IMG/VR virus record: IMGVR_UViG_3300025896_000032
Location: 1-58,244 of that record
Origin: a virus
Taxonomy: Duplodnaviria > Caudoviricetes
Length of the DNA: 58,244 nt
Reading direction: 5' to 3' (one strand)
A program made the position numbers and the translations under genes. This document shows, in pieces, positions 49,513 to 57,338 of the stretch; position 1 is the stretch's first letter, and every line of letters begins with the position of its first letter. The notes below the pieces were generated by a model that saw only the letters and a program-made list of their open reading frames with translations, was not told the DNA's origin and did not search any database.

Positions 49513-49593
49513 TTAGCGGGCTAGGAGTAGGTCGACGAGGACGAGGACCGCGAAGGCCGCGCCGAGCAGGGCGCAGAGGGCGCGGTCGCTCAC
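49513..49593 (-). CDS. 26-aa hydrophobic micropeptide
   Basis: GTGA-coupled; MSDRALCALLGAAFAVLVLVDLLLAR. Confidence 0.5.
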   Translation of the reverse strand: MSDRALCALLGAAFAVLVLVDLLLAR

Positions 49594-49895
49594 AGGCTGA
49601 AGGTCACGCTGGCGTTCCTGAGCGCGTCGCGGACCTTGTCCGTGATGTCGAACCCGTCGAGGGCTTCGCTCACCTTGCTGTCGATGTCGGCGTCGTCGAT
49701 GGCCGAGGAGACCTGCCGGTCGATGTTGGCGTCATCGATGGCGTCCTCGACCTTGCCTTCGATGTCGAGGCCGGAGAAGCGGTTGTCCACCTCTGCGGCT
49801 ACCATTGCGATGGTCTTGACCAACTGTTTGTTCACCTCATCGCTGACGATCTGCTGAATGAGGGCGGCGAGGTTCTGAATCTGTTCTTGTGTCAT
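49590..49895 (-). CDS. Acidic 13-aa-repeat protein
   Basis: Four DI..KV..A(I/L)D-type repeats; CA-rich leader and upstream TTGACA. Confidence 0.75.
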   Translation of the reverse strand: MTQEQIQNLAALIQQIVSDEVNKQLVKTIAMVAAEVDNRFSGLDIEGKVEDAIDDANIDRQVSSAIDDADIDSKVSEALDGFDITDKVRDALRNASVTFSL

Positions 49896-50084
49896 GTTTT
49901 TTTGTGTCTCTGTCGTTATGCTCCGGAGGGAATCCCCGGGGCTGGAATGAGTGGGCAGAGTTATCCCGGATGTGTCAACACTCTTTCTTGGAATAAATCG
50001 GGTTGACTCATGAGCCACTGCCGGACTGACTCATGAAAGCCAAGGCATTCCGCCGAGGCAGAACACAGAAAACAGATACAGCAT

Positions 50085-51038
50085 ATGTCACACGAAATCC
50101 TAGAAAACGACACGGTAGTACTCGGCAGCAACACGCCGGCATGGCACGGGCTCGGTCAGCTCTTCGCTGGCCTGCTCTCTCCTCTTCGATGCTACGTCGA
50201 AGGGGTCGGGGCTCGCGAGATGATCGAGACCCCGGTCTGCGCCAACGGCATGCCGGTCGAAGGTTACAAGGCCATTCTCGGCCGGTACACCAACGGCCAA
50301 CTCCTTCCCCTCTCAGTGGTCGGCGAGGGCTACGGGCTCCTGAAGGATTCGCGCTTCTTCGAGATTCTGGAGCGGGTTTATGGCGGTCGGGCTTGCGTCG
50401 AGACGGCGGGCACTCTGCGGGGCGGGCGCCGCATTTGGGCCCTCGTGAAGCGGGACGGTTGGTGCGTGGCCCGGGATCAAATCAACACGTTCGACCTGTG
50501 GGTCAACCGTCACGACGGATCCGGGTGCTTCGAACTCCACCGCACCAACGTCCGAGTGGTTTGTTCCAATACATGGAACGCCGCCATTGGAAGCGGGCGG
50601 AACCGGGTGTTCGGGATCCGCCACACGGTTAACGTCGAGTCGAACGTCGCGGCCGGGATCAAGCTGGTCGAGACGGTCGACGCAGCCCAGTTGATCGAGC
50701 AGGCCAAGGCCAAGCGCCTCGCCGAGGTGGCCATGGTCCCGGAGGAAGCCTCCGCGTTCTTCCGGACCCTGATCGGCGCCAAGCCCGACGACAGTGGCGA
50801 AGTCACTGGTAAGGCCGGGGCTCAGCTCGACACGTTGTCGGGCCTGTTCAACCGGGGCACCGGGAACGTGGGCGCGACCCGTTGGGACGCGTTCAACGCC
50901 GTCACGGAGTTTACGGACCACAGCCGGACCGTTCGCGCCACGGGCGGTCGGTCGAAGGCCGAGGCCCGGTTTGAATCCGTGTTGCTTGGCACGGGTGACG
51001 ACCTGAAGGCCCGGGCGTTTGACCTGCTATCGGTCTAA
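50085..51038 (+). CDS. DUF932-family protein
   Basis: PAWHGLG, ETAGTLRGGRRIW, NRHDGS, TNVRVVCSNT and TRWDAFNAVTEF.DH. Confidence 0.9.
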   Translation: MSHEILENDTVVLGSNTPAWHGLGQLFAGLLSPLRCYVEGVGAREMIETPVCANGMPVEGYKAILGRYTNGQLLPLSVVGEGYGLLKDSRFFEILERVYGGRACVETAGTLRGGRRIWALVKRDGWCVARDQINTFDLWVNRHDGSGCFELHRTNVRVVCSNTWNAAIGSGRNRVFGIRHTVNVESNVAAGIKLVETVDAAQLIEQAKAKRLAEVAMVPEEASAFFRTLIGAKPDDSGEVTGKAGAQLDTLSGLFNRGTGNVGATRWDAFNAVTEFTDHSRTVRATGGRSKAEARFESVLLGTGDDLKARAFDLLSV

Positions 51039-51057
51039 AGCCCCACACGCTAGCACG

Positions 51058-51086
51058 AGCCCCGGCCCGCAAGGTCGGGGCTTTTT
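51058..51086 (+). terminator. Intrinsic terminator
   Basis: AGCCCCGGCC...GGTCGGGGCT followed by TTTT. Confidence 0.85.
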
Positions 51087-51155
51087 CATGCCCTGATTCA
51101 GGGCCACGGACAGCACCTGGGTTTGCTATAGGAAAGGAACGGGGCATGCCCGGGC

Positions 51156-51192
51156 AAAGGAAAGCCCCGACACGCGCTAGGCATGCCGGGGT
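51156..51192 (-). terminator. Intrinsic terminator (convergent)
   Basis: CCCCGGCATGC...GCGTGTCGGGG followed by CTTTCCTTT on the - strand. Confidence 0.6.
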
Positions 51193-51212
51193 CAACGTTA
51201 ACGAGGTGCCGG

Positions 51213-51392
51213 TCAGGTCAGGACGGGAACACAGGTCCGGAAGTAGGGCAGGGTCAGGCGGTCCGTCGCTGCGATGCAGCAAGTCAGGTGAAAGTCCGTC
51301 CGGCGCATGAAGTAGACGCTTTCCTGATTACCGTTGCTCCTTATCTCGCGTGTGATTGCGCGGCTCTCCGCCACGAGAAGAGGCCGGATCAT
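51213..51392 (-). CDS. Possible 59-aa protein (or sRNA) with its own promoter
   Basis: TTGGAC-17nt-TAACGT at 51482-51454 and a downstream terminator. Confidence 0.35.
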   Translation of the reverse strand: MIRPLLVAESRAITREIRSNGNQESVYFMRRTDFHLTCCIAATDRLTLPYFRTCVPVLT

Positions 51393-51486
51393 GGCGAGGG
51401 TCTGAAGGCTGAGGGATGAAAGGTCGAGGAAGCGGTCGAGTCTGTTAAAGTCAACGTTAGGAGCTGAGGTCAAAACGTCCAAGTGA

Positions 51487-51607
51487 GGATTGCGCTTCGG
51501 ATTGCGCTTGGCGTTCGGATTGCGCTTCGGATTGGCCTTTGGATTGCGGATTGCGATTGGCATTTGGATTGTGGATTGGGATTGGATTTCGGATTGGGAT
51601 TGGATTC
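51487..51607 (+). repeat. GATT(GG) array 1
   Basis: About 14 GATT cores, irregular spacing, all on one strand. Confidence 0.9.
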
Positions 51608-51655
51608 GTGAATGGCCAATTCGCATTTAGCAAATCAATTTCCTAAAATAAAAGC

Positions 51656-51684
51656 TTGAGCCGATCAATTCGCTTCGCCAATAT
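51656..51684 (+). promoter_or_regulatory. Early promoter
   Basis: AT-rich UP-like tract followed by TTGAGC-17nt-CAATAT. Confidence 0.55.
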
Positions 51685-51737
51685 TTCCGCAGAACTGACG
51701 CAACGTTGGTTCACTCAACACAACACGCACAAAACAT

Positions 51738-52457
51738 ATGCACTACTTAACGACACAAAACGCCAAGACGACTAAGGGGGAATCACTGGGATATTTAACA
51801 GGGATACTTTATCTCGCACCGCACACCATTGCAGGCCGAAAGACTGTTTGCGCCTTTGCTTCCGTGGAGTGCATGCTTGCGTGCCTTTACACCGCCGGCA
51901 TGGGTGCCTTTTCCAACGTGCAGCAAGCGCGAATCAATAAGACGCGTGCTTTCTGGCAAGATCCAAAGGCCTTTGTCGAAATGCTGGCGGATGATATCAC
52001 GTCATTAATCCGCATGGCCAAAGCGCAGAGGCTAAAACCGTGCGTCAGACTCAACGGAACGTCAGACCTTCCTTGGGAAAACCTAGGCGGCACCGTTGGC
52101 GCTTCTCTCATGAAGCGTTTCCCCAAGGTGCAGTTCTATGATTACACCAAAAACCCGAGCAAGGCGCTTTCCTTCGCGAACGGCAACTTGCCCGCAAATT
52201 ATCAAATCACCTTCTCGCTCAGCGAGACCAACAAAGAGAAGGCCTTTGAACTCTTGAGCGTTGGCGTGAACGTGGCGGCGGTCTTTGCCACGAAGAAGAA
52301 CGAAGAACTTCCTTTATGGCACAAGGGCCACGGCGTCACCAACGGCGACAAGCACGACCTGCGCTTCCTCGATCCTAGGGGCTGCATTGTCGGTCTTCGC
52401 GCCAAGGGGAAAGCCAAGGGCGTCGCGGGTGGCTTTGTCTTGGACCCTCAGGAATAA
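51738..52457 (+). CDS. GP88-like phage protein
   Basis: C.....C...CL, VRLNGTSDLPWE, QFYDYTK, NGDKHDLRFLD and GLRAKG. Confidence 0.75.
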   Translation: MHYLTTQNAKTTKGESLGYLTGILYLAPHTIAGRKTVCAFASVECMLACLYTAGMGAFSNVQQARINKTRAFWQDPKAFVEMLADDITSLIRMAKAQRLKPCVRLNGTSDLPWENLGGTVGASLMKRFPKVQFYDYTKNPSKALSFANGNLPANYQITFSLSETNKEKAFELLSVGVNVAAVFATKKNEELPLWHKGHGVTNGDKHDLRFLDPRGCIVGLRAKGKAKGVAGGFVLDPQE

Positions 52458-52476
52458 AGCCTCAAGCGCTAGCACG

Positions 52477-52503
52477 AGCCCGGGCTAACCCCCCGGGCTT
52501 TTT
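52477..52503 (+). terminator. Intrinsic terminator
   Basis: AGCCCGGG...CCCGGGCT followed by a T run. Confidence 0.85.
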
Positions 52504-52584
52504 CGTGCCCAGTTGCCAATGCCTATTTGATCACCAGGGTTTCCTTTAGCAAATGCCAAGGGTCCGGGCTCCTTCGCGTGCGCC

Positions 52585-52622
52585 AAAAGAAAACCCCGAC
52601 GCCGAGTAAACGACGCCGGGGC
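52585..52622 (-). terminator. Intrinsic terminator (convergent)
   Basis: CCCCGGCGTCG...CGGCGTCGGGG followed by TTTTCTTTT on the - strand. Confidence 0.75.
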
Positions 52623-52814
52623 CACACAAACAAACGACAGACAATGCGGGACACAACTACCGCATGGGATCACGGATGAGACCCCTCGCGCAGGTGAGCA
52701 AGCGGAAAGTGGAAGGAAGGCCGATGAATCCGGATGGAGTGACTAATGATCCCCGTGGTTGGGATTGAGCTATCGGGATTAACCATCGCCATTGCCCGAT
52801 CGGATAGTGCTAGC

Positions 52815-52886
52815 GATTGGGATTGAGATTGGGATTGGCGGATTGGATTGGGATTGGGATTGGCCAATTGGTGATTGGGATTGGCG
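52815..52886 (+). repeat. GATTGG array 2
   Basis: About 10 GATTG(G) units. Confidence 0.9.
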
Positions 52887-52991
52887 AAAACTATTTCGTG
52901 ATTTCGCTATTTTGGGTGTTGCTATTATCCTCTAGGATATTGATGCTCCGGTTACGGCCAATTCCGGTCGCAACACAAACCAGACACACAC

Positions 52992-53171
52992 ATGAAACTC
53001 CCACCCACCCCACCAACCGAAATCCGCCTCACATCCACGGGACCAATCGCATGCTACGACGGCATCTGGTACTCCGTTAACGGCACCCAGTATGAGGTCG
53101 CGGAAATCCGCTTTGCGATCCCCGCTTGGGACTTGGAGAAGTTCGGCGTGAAGAACGACGCCAAGGGCTGA
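52992..53171 (+). CDS. 59-aa early protein (absent from the ORF track)
   Basis: MKLPPTPPTEIRL...NDAKG; shares an exact 24-nt leader/start with the gene at 53234. Confidence 0.7.
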   Translation: MKLPPTPPTEIRLTSTGPIACYDGIWYSVNGTQYEVAEIRFAIPAWDLEKFGVKNDAKG

Positions 53172-53214
53172 CTCAACACCCAGCTGCCTCCGGGCGGCTG
53201 ACCTGTTCAGTTAA
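53169..53214 (+). repeat. Inter-gene hairpin element, copy 1
   Basis: TGACTCAACACCCAGC...GGCTGACCTGTTCAGTTAA. Confidence 0.85.
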
Positions 53215-53233
53215 CCACAAACCAGACACACAC

Positions 53234-53476
53234 ATGAAAAACGCCCGCCAGACCAACATTAAATTCATCACCCACATCATGAACCACTCCGCGCACGGCG
53301 CGTTGATGCAGGCCTTCATCTTGGAGGCTTGCGGCAAGTACAGCGCAAACGTTGTCGCCAACGAGCAGGCTCTCCGCGAGAGCATGAAGGATAGCTTTAT
53401 CACCCCGGACGCATGGGTGGGGTGCGCCAAGGAGCTCGCTGGCCTTCTGGATAAGAGGTTCACGCAAAGCAGCTGA
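53234..53476 (+). CDS. Early hypothetical protein
   Basis: ATG at 53234 after a CA-rich leader; 80 aa. Confidence 0.75.
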   Translation: MKNARQTNIKFITHIMNHSAHGALMQAFILEACGKYSANVVANEQALRESMKDSFITPDAWVGCAKELAGLLDKRFTQSS

Positions 53477-53523
53477 CTCAACACCCAGCCCCTCCTCACG
53501 GGGTGGCTGGCCTGTTCAGTTAA
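53474..53523 (+). repeat. Inter-gene hairpin element, copy 2
   Basis: TGACTCAACACCCAGC...GGCTGGCCTGTTCAGTTAA. Confidence 0.85.
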
Positions 53524-53549
53524 CCCCAACCCCCAACCAAATCCACCAA

Positions 53550-53792
53550 ATGAAACCTGAATCAAAATCCGACCTTGGCCCGTTCCATGTTGAGTTCTCC
53601 AAGGGCGAAGAAATTCGCACCCATCAGACATTTTCGGACATTCCCAGCCAAGCGGCTTTCCCTTACGCGAAGGATCGCGCAATCCGCGCCGCCCATCGCT
53701 GGCTCCGCGAAACTCCCGGCGGCATGGTTCACATCACGCACCCTTCCGGCAACGTGAACACCATTGAACAGAATCCGCTGCGCGTTTCTTAA
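53550..53792 (+). CDS. Early hypothetical protein
   Basis: 80 aa between hairpin elements. Confidence 0.7.
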   Translation: MKPESKSDLGPFHVEFSKGEEIRTHQTFSDIPSQAAFPYAKDRAIRAAHRWLRETPGGMVHITHPSGNVNTIEQNPLRVS

Positions 53793-53840
53793 TTCAACAC
53801 CCAGCTACTCCTTTAAGGGGTGGCTGGCTTGTTCAGTTAA
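53790..53840 (+). repeat. Inter-gene hairpin element, copy 3
   Basis: TAATTCAACACCCAGC...GGCTGGCTTGTTCAGTTAA. Confidence 0.85.
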
Positions 53841-53862
53841 ACCCAAACGATAAATCAGACAC

Positions 53863-54279
53863 ATGATTACTAACCTAGACACGCTCACTGGCCCCGCCCC
53901 CCTGCTGCTCCAGTATTCCGGCCAATCCAACCCGCAAAATGCCTACGTCAAACTGACCGCCGACGGTCGCATCTGGTATTACACCAACGCCGAAATCGGG
54001 AATGGCGTGTCCTGTGACATTTTTCACCGGACCGCGCTGCGCTGGTCCATCCCCAATGACCTCACCCCTCGCGGGTACGAGCAGCTCCACGGCGACATCG
54101 AAGAGATGCTCCAAGAGGTTTACGCCGGCATGTCGGAGCGGTGGGACGGCAACAACTATGTGGGCCGGCTGACGGAGGAGGCTGCTAACGCTGGCCACGA
54201 GCTTGAGTTCTTTCTGCACGACGTCTGGTCCAATGACTATCAGCGCGACGAGGAGCACCTGATGGAGATCAGCCAATAG
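53863..54279 (+). CDS. Acidic early hypothetical protein
   Basis: 138 aa with a CA-rich leader. Confidence 0.8.
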   Translation: MITNLDTLTGPAPLLLQYSGQSNPQNAYVKLTADGRIWYYTNAEIGNGVSCDIFHRTALRWSIPNDLTPRGYEQLHGDIEEMLQEVYAGMSERWDGNNYVGRLTEEAANAGHELEFFLHDVWSNDYQRDEEHLMEISQ

Positions 54280-54294
54280 CCTTACGCGCTCCCG

Positions 54295-54333
54295 AGCCCC
54301 AGCTGGTCCGAATGGACTGGTTGGGGCTTTTTT
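54295..54333 (+). terminator. Intrinsic terminator
   Basis: AGCCCCAGCTGGTCC-gaat-GGACTGGTTGGGGCT followed by a T run. Confidence 0.9.
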
Positions 54334-54699
54334 GTGTCCACCCATCAAAGACAACTGAGCACCAGTGTTAAGCTGATCCAATAACAGTTACCGGAGAGTT
54401 GATCGATCCGGCTCGTGGACACATTGCGAGCACAGCTCACCCCCAACAGGGGATGTAGCTGCGCTCGATTGAGTGGAGAGACTGATCGCTCCGGACTGTG
54501 GTATCGCTCGCATCTGAGGGTCGTGCTCGGGTAGGCCAATGTACACACGATGTTCCCTCGCTCACGGCCCCGCTAGGGGGCCTCCTTTTACGCTGGTGGG
54601 ATTTTAGGCGTTGCACGCTCCAGCTACCGATACTGCGCCGTCCGAGCCTTCAGGGGGCTGTGAGCGGGATCTCTTTCTCCGTAAGGGGGCTAACGGGTT

Positions 54700-54870
54700 A
54701 AAAGAAAAAACCCGGCTGGATGAGGACACATCCAATCGGGTTTCTCTTTCTGGTGAAAGTGAGACTGGCTACGGCGTGTCCTCGCCCAACGAAGGGCACT
54801 ATGGAGCACAGACCATCACCCAGTCAAGCTAGAAAAACCCAACTGGATGATGACACATCCAATCGGGTTC
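54700..54870 (-). terminator. Two related hairpins (54700-54750, 54831-54870), tandem - strand terminators
   Basis: AAAAACCC..CTGGATGA.GACACATCCAATCGGGTT occurs twice. Confidence 0.65.
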
Positions 54871-54898
54871 CCCTAGCTTCTCTCAACGAAGATGGGTC

Positions 54899-55032
54899 CA
54901 TTGGATTGACCATTCGGATTGCCGTCAAGCATTGATATTGGGATTCGCATTGGATTGGGGATTGGGGATTGGCATTGGGGATTCGCCATTGGATTGGATT
55001 GGCATTGGTATTGGCGGATTGGCGGATTGGCG
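54899..55032 (+). repeat. (G/C)ATTGG array 3
   Basis: Roughly 20 degenerate units in the same orientation as arrays 1 and 2. Confidence 0.9.
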
Positions 55033-55034
55033 TT

Positions 55035-55379
55035 TCAGCTAAATTGCTCCCCCTCCAATTCGTGAACACGGGCTTCGGCCTTACCCAATCGGTAGCGGAG
55101 CATGGCGACGGCTTCATCAGTGGATCCGCTTATCAGCCCCTCCACCCGGTGCTGTAGCTCTACCTTCTCCGCCTCTAATCGCCCTACATCCTCTAGGAGG
55201 GCCATGACATCGTTGGCTAGGGCCTTGGGAGTATTCATGGGCGCCGCCCCACCCAAGAGGGCCTCCAGTGCCGGGATCACACTGGGCTCCACCCATCGCT
55301 TCCACTGGACCTTGGTACTGGTCTTGGGGCGTCCACGGGGCTTCTGGGCTGTGGAATGGCGTAAGGGCTTAGCGGACAT
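55035..55379 (-). CDS. Putative DNA-binding protein (AT-hook-like plus coiled coil)
   Basis: KPRGRPK motif and heptad repeats. Confidence 0.7.
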   Translation of the reverse strand: MSAKPLRHSTAQKPRGRPKTSTKVQWKRWVEPSVIPALEALLGGAAPMNTPKALANDVMALLEDVGRLEAEKVELQHRVEGLISGSTDEAVAMLRYRLGKAEARVHELEGEQFS

Positions 55380-55427
55380 GGTAATAGCTGATCAATGTAT
55401 TGTTGGTACCAGTAATGGGGCTGTTTA

Positions 55428-55634
55428 TCAGTCTTCCGGTGGGTCTTGGGGCTTCCGGAACACGGCCATGCTCTCCAAACCCCAGCCAACAAACAGATCG
55501 TTCAGTTGCTGGAGTAACATATTGTTAACTGCCAGCACCAATTCCAGCAACAACATCACCAACATTACGCAAATGCCTACCAGCAAAGGCGCTATGATGG
55601 CTACGATACGCAAAATCCTTAGTAAAATGCTCAT
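55428..55634 (-). CDS. Small membrane protein
   Basis: Long hydrophobic stretch; ATGA-coupled. Confidence 0.5.
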   Translation of the reverse strand: MSILLRILRIVAIIAPLLVGICVMLVMLLLELVLAVNNMLLQQLNDLFVGWGLESMAVFRKPQDPPED

Positions 55635-55984
55635 AAAATCCTCATCAATTGTGCAAAACGCACGAAAAAACCGTGCAAAATGCACGACCATTTCCGTTTG
55701 TCTGCTTTTGTTTTTGTAATTATGTTAACTCTTGTGCCTCCACGCATGTGCGTAATCGTCTCCGGTAACTCCTTAAGTGGCCCACTGCTATAGCTTAAGC
55801 ACTTTCCACTGCCTTCGGCTTGCTTTTGTTGCTCTAGCTCGTGGATCCGGTGCTCCAACGCCACTAGCCTCATGGCTAATGCGCTAGCCCACTGCTCCAC
55901 CCTCTCCCCCTCCTCTTCCTTCTCCTTACTTATAGCAACGGTTCTTTGTGGGCGATCCTGATGCCCTGTACGGTTCTTTTTCAT
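55631..55984 (-). CDS. Hypothetical protein
   Basis: ATG at 55984; coiled-coil segment. Confidence 0.45.
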   Translation of the reverse strand: MKKNRTGHQDRPQRTVAISKEKEEEGERVEQWASALAMRLVALEHRIHELEQQKQAEGSGKCLSYSSGPLKELPETITHMRGGTRVNIITKTKADKRKWSCILHGFFVRFAQLMRIL

Positions 55985-56034
55985 GTGATGGCTATGGTTG
56001 GACCCGTTATGCCGTTCTTGGCCTTCTGGGTGGT

Positions 56035-56166
56035 CTAGAGCCGCCAATAGCCGTAGGCACCAAAGAGGATACCCATGCCGAGGAACGTGCTCAGGACGAT
56101 AATGGCGAAGCCAATAAGTACCCCAAGGTCGGTGTCGCCGAATGGCGGTTTATCGTTGGGGGTCAT
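56035..56166 (-). CDS. 43-aa membrane peptide (absent from the ORF track)
   Basis: ATGA-coupled; MTPNDKPPFGDTDLGVLIGFAIIVLSTFLGMGILFGAYGYWRL. Confidence 0.6.
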   Translation of the reverse strand: MTPNDKPPFGDTDLGVLIGFAIIVLSTFLGMGILFGAYGYWRL

Positions 56167-56639
56167 GGGGTGGTGGGGTCCGGGGTGTTCGGGGCGGTGC
56201 TGCGACCGTAGGCGATGGCATCAAGAACATCGTTTTTTCCCACCGGTTCGCAGTCCCGAAACAGTTGCCCAACCCACTCCGCATCCAACTCCTCCTGCGT
56301 CTGCTCCACCGGCAACGGCAGTCCTGCAAGGATGTCCCGTGGCCGCGCCCAATGTGTTGATCCCGAAGCGCAAATATCCGAGTTCCATTGGCCGGAAAAC
56401 GGCTCGATTCCGCAGTAAAGCCAAATAACCCTACCTTGATTTGACGCGTCCTCCCTCGTCGGCCTCTGGCTCACCGGCCTCCAAATCGACGCCTGCGGCG
56501 TCTTCGCGGGTGACTGCGCGGGGGCGTGGCGGGCGATGATGGCCCCCCTGTCGGTCATGCAATCAGATAGCTCTATTTCTCTTACGGCTTCCCGCATCCA
56601 CTGTTCAACTTTCGGTTCGGTGTTGTCGTGTGTGTTCAT
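56163..56639 (-). CDS. Hypothetical protein
   Basis: Start likely ATG 56639; IWRPVSQRP...THWA mosaic phage module. Confidence 0.7.
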   Translation of the reverse strand: MNTHDNTEPKVEQWMREAVREIELSDCMTDRGAIIARHAPAQSPAKTPQASIWRPVSQRPTREDASNQGRVIWLYCGIEPFSGQWNSDICASGSTHWARPRDILAGLPLPVEQTQEELDAEWVGQLFRDCEPVGKNDVLDAIAYGRSTAPNTPDPTTP

Positions 56640-56809
56640 GGTGATGATGGGCGCCTGATGGCGGGGTGGGTCAAGAACTCGTAACGGAACTTGGCCAGCT
56701 CCGAGTTGAGGTAGAATAACCGTTCGTTCATCAGTTCTATCTGTGCTCTCAGGTCGGCAATTGTTATCGCCTGAACCTCGGTCGGCGTAAGATCGTAACG
56801 CCTGCTCAC
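56636..56809 (-). CDS. 57-aa coiled-coil protein (absent from the ORF track)
   Basis: GTGA and ATGA coupling; MSRRYDLTPTEVQAITIADLRAQIELM... Confidence 0.6.
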   Translation of the reverse strand: MSRRYDLTPTEVQAITIADLRAQIELMNERLFYLNSELAKFRYEFLTHPAIRRPSSP

Positions 56810-57087
56810 TTGGCACCCCCTTCACAAGCGGCGTGGTGGTCATACCATGCCTTGGTCTCATACTGGGCCTCACGGCGGGCGGCGCGGTTGCCGCTGCCAT
56901 TGCGATGCACCTCGTTATTGGCGAGGATGCCCAGCCGAGCGATTGACCTCTTGCTGCCGTAGATGGGGTCGAGCCACCCAAAGGCGGCGGCGATGCTGAC
57001 GAGGTGAACACGACCTTGGGCGTCGTACCTGAATGACTCGGGGACATTGCGGGTAGCTACCGCGAACTGAAAAGATAGGGGGATCAT
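56806..57087 (-). CDS. Hypothetical protein
   Basis: ATGA-coupled; 93 aa. Confidence 0.6.
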   Translation of the reverse strand: MIPLSFQFAVATRNVPESFRYDAQGRVHLVSIAAAFGWLDPIYGSKRSIARLGILANNEVHRNGSGNRAARREAQYETKAWYDHHAACEGGAK

Positions 57088-57338
57088 TGTGGGCGGGCTT
57101 TGGTGAGAACTTTTCTTACGCTCGTATGGGATCTGCCAATTGCCATGCCGATTTTGCAGTGGCTAAGGTTTTGATCACGCAGCTCCCAGATCTTGAGCTT
57201 TTCCTCGTTGGTGAGGAATGTTCCGGCGATCATGTCCTTGGCGTTTTTCGGCATCGGTTGATTTTTGCTAGCAGCCATGTGCGAATATTTATAGAGCATG
57301 TTTTCACATGCCGCCATTGTGTCCGATATCTCACTCAT
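57084..57338 (-). CDS. HTH protein
   Basis: LTNEEKLKIWELRDQNLSHCKIGMAIGRSHTSVRKVL. Confidence 0.7.
   Translation of the reverse strand: MSEISDTMAACENMLYKYSHMAASKNQPMPKNAKDMIAGTFLTNEEKLKIWELRDQNLSHCKIGMAIGRSHTSVRKVLTKARPQ

Noticed and set aside
53169-53840. CRISPR array or true integron attC array
   Set aside because: The spacers are whole genes; there is no cas gene or tyrosine integrase; G-U pairs favour top-strand RNA rather than bottom-strand DNA folding
54700-54870. Mini-CRISPR array
   Set aside because: Only two imperfect copies about 90 nt apart, both with terminator-like U tracts
51213-55117. ORFs translating the GATTGG arrays (NP/QS/IG-rich peptides)
   Set aside because: The arrays have few stop codons by composition and unit lengths are irregular; I found no start signals
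56163-57047. Single 294-aa ORF
   Set aside because: Better explained by three coupled genes (56806-57087, 56636-56809, 56163-56639)
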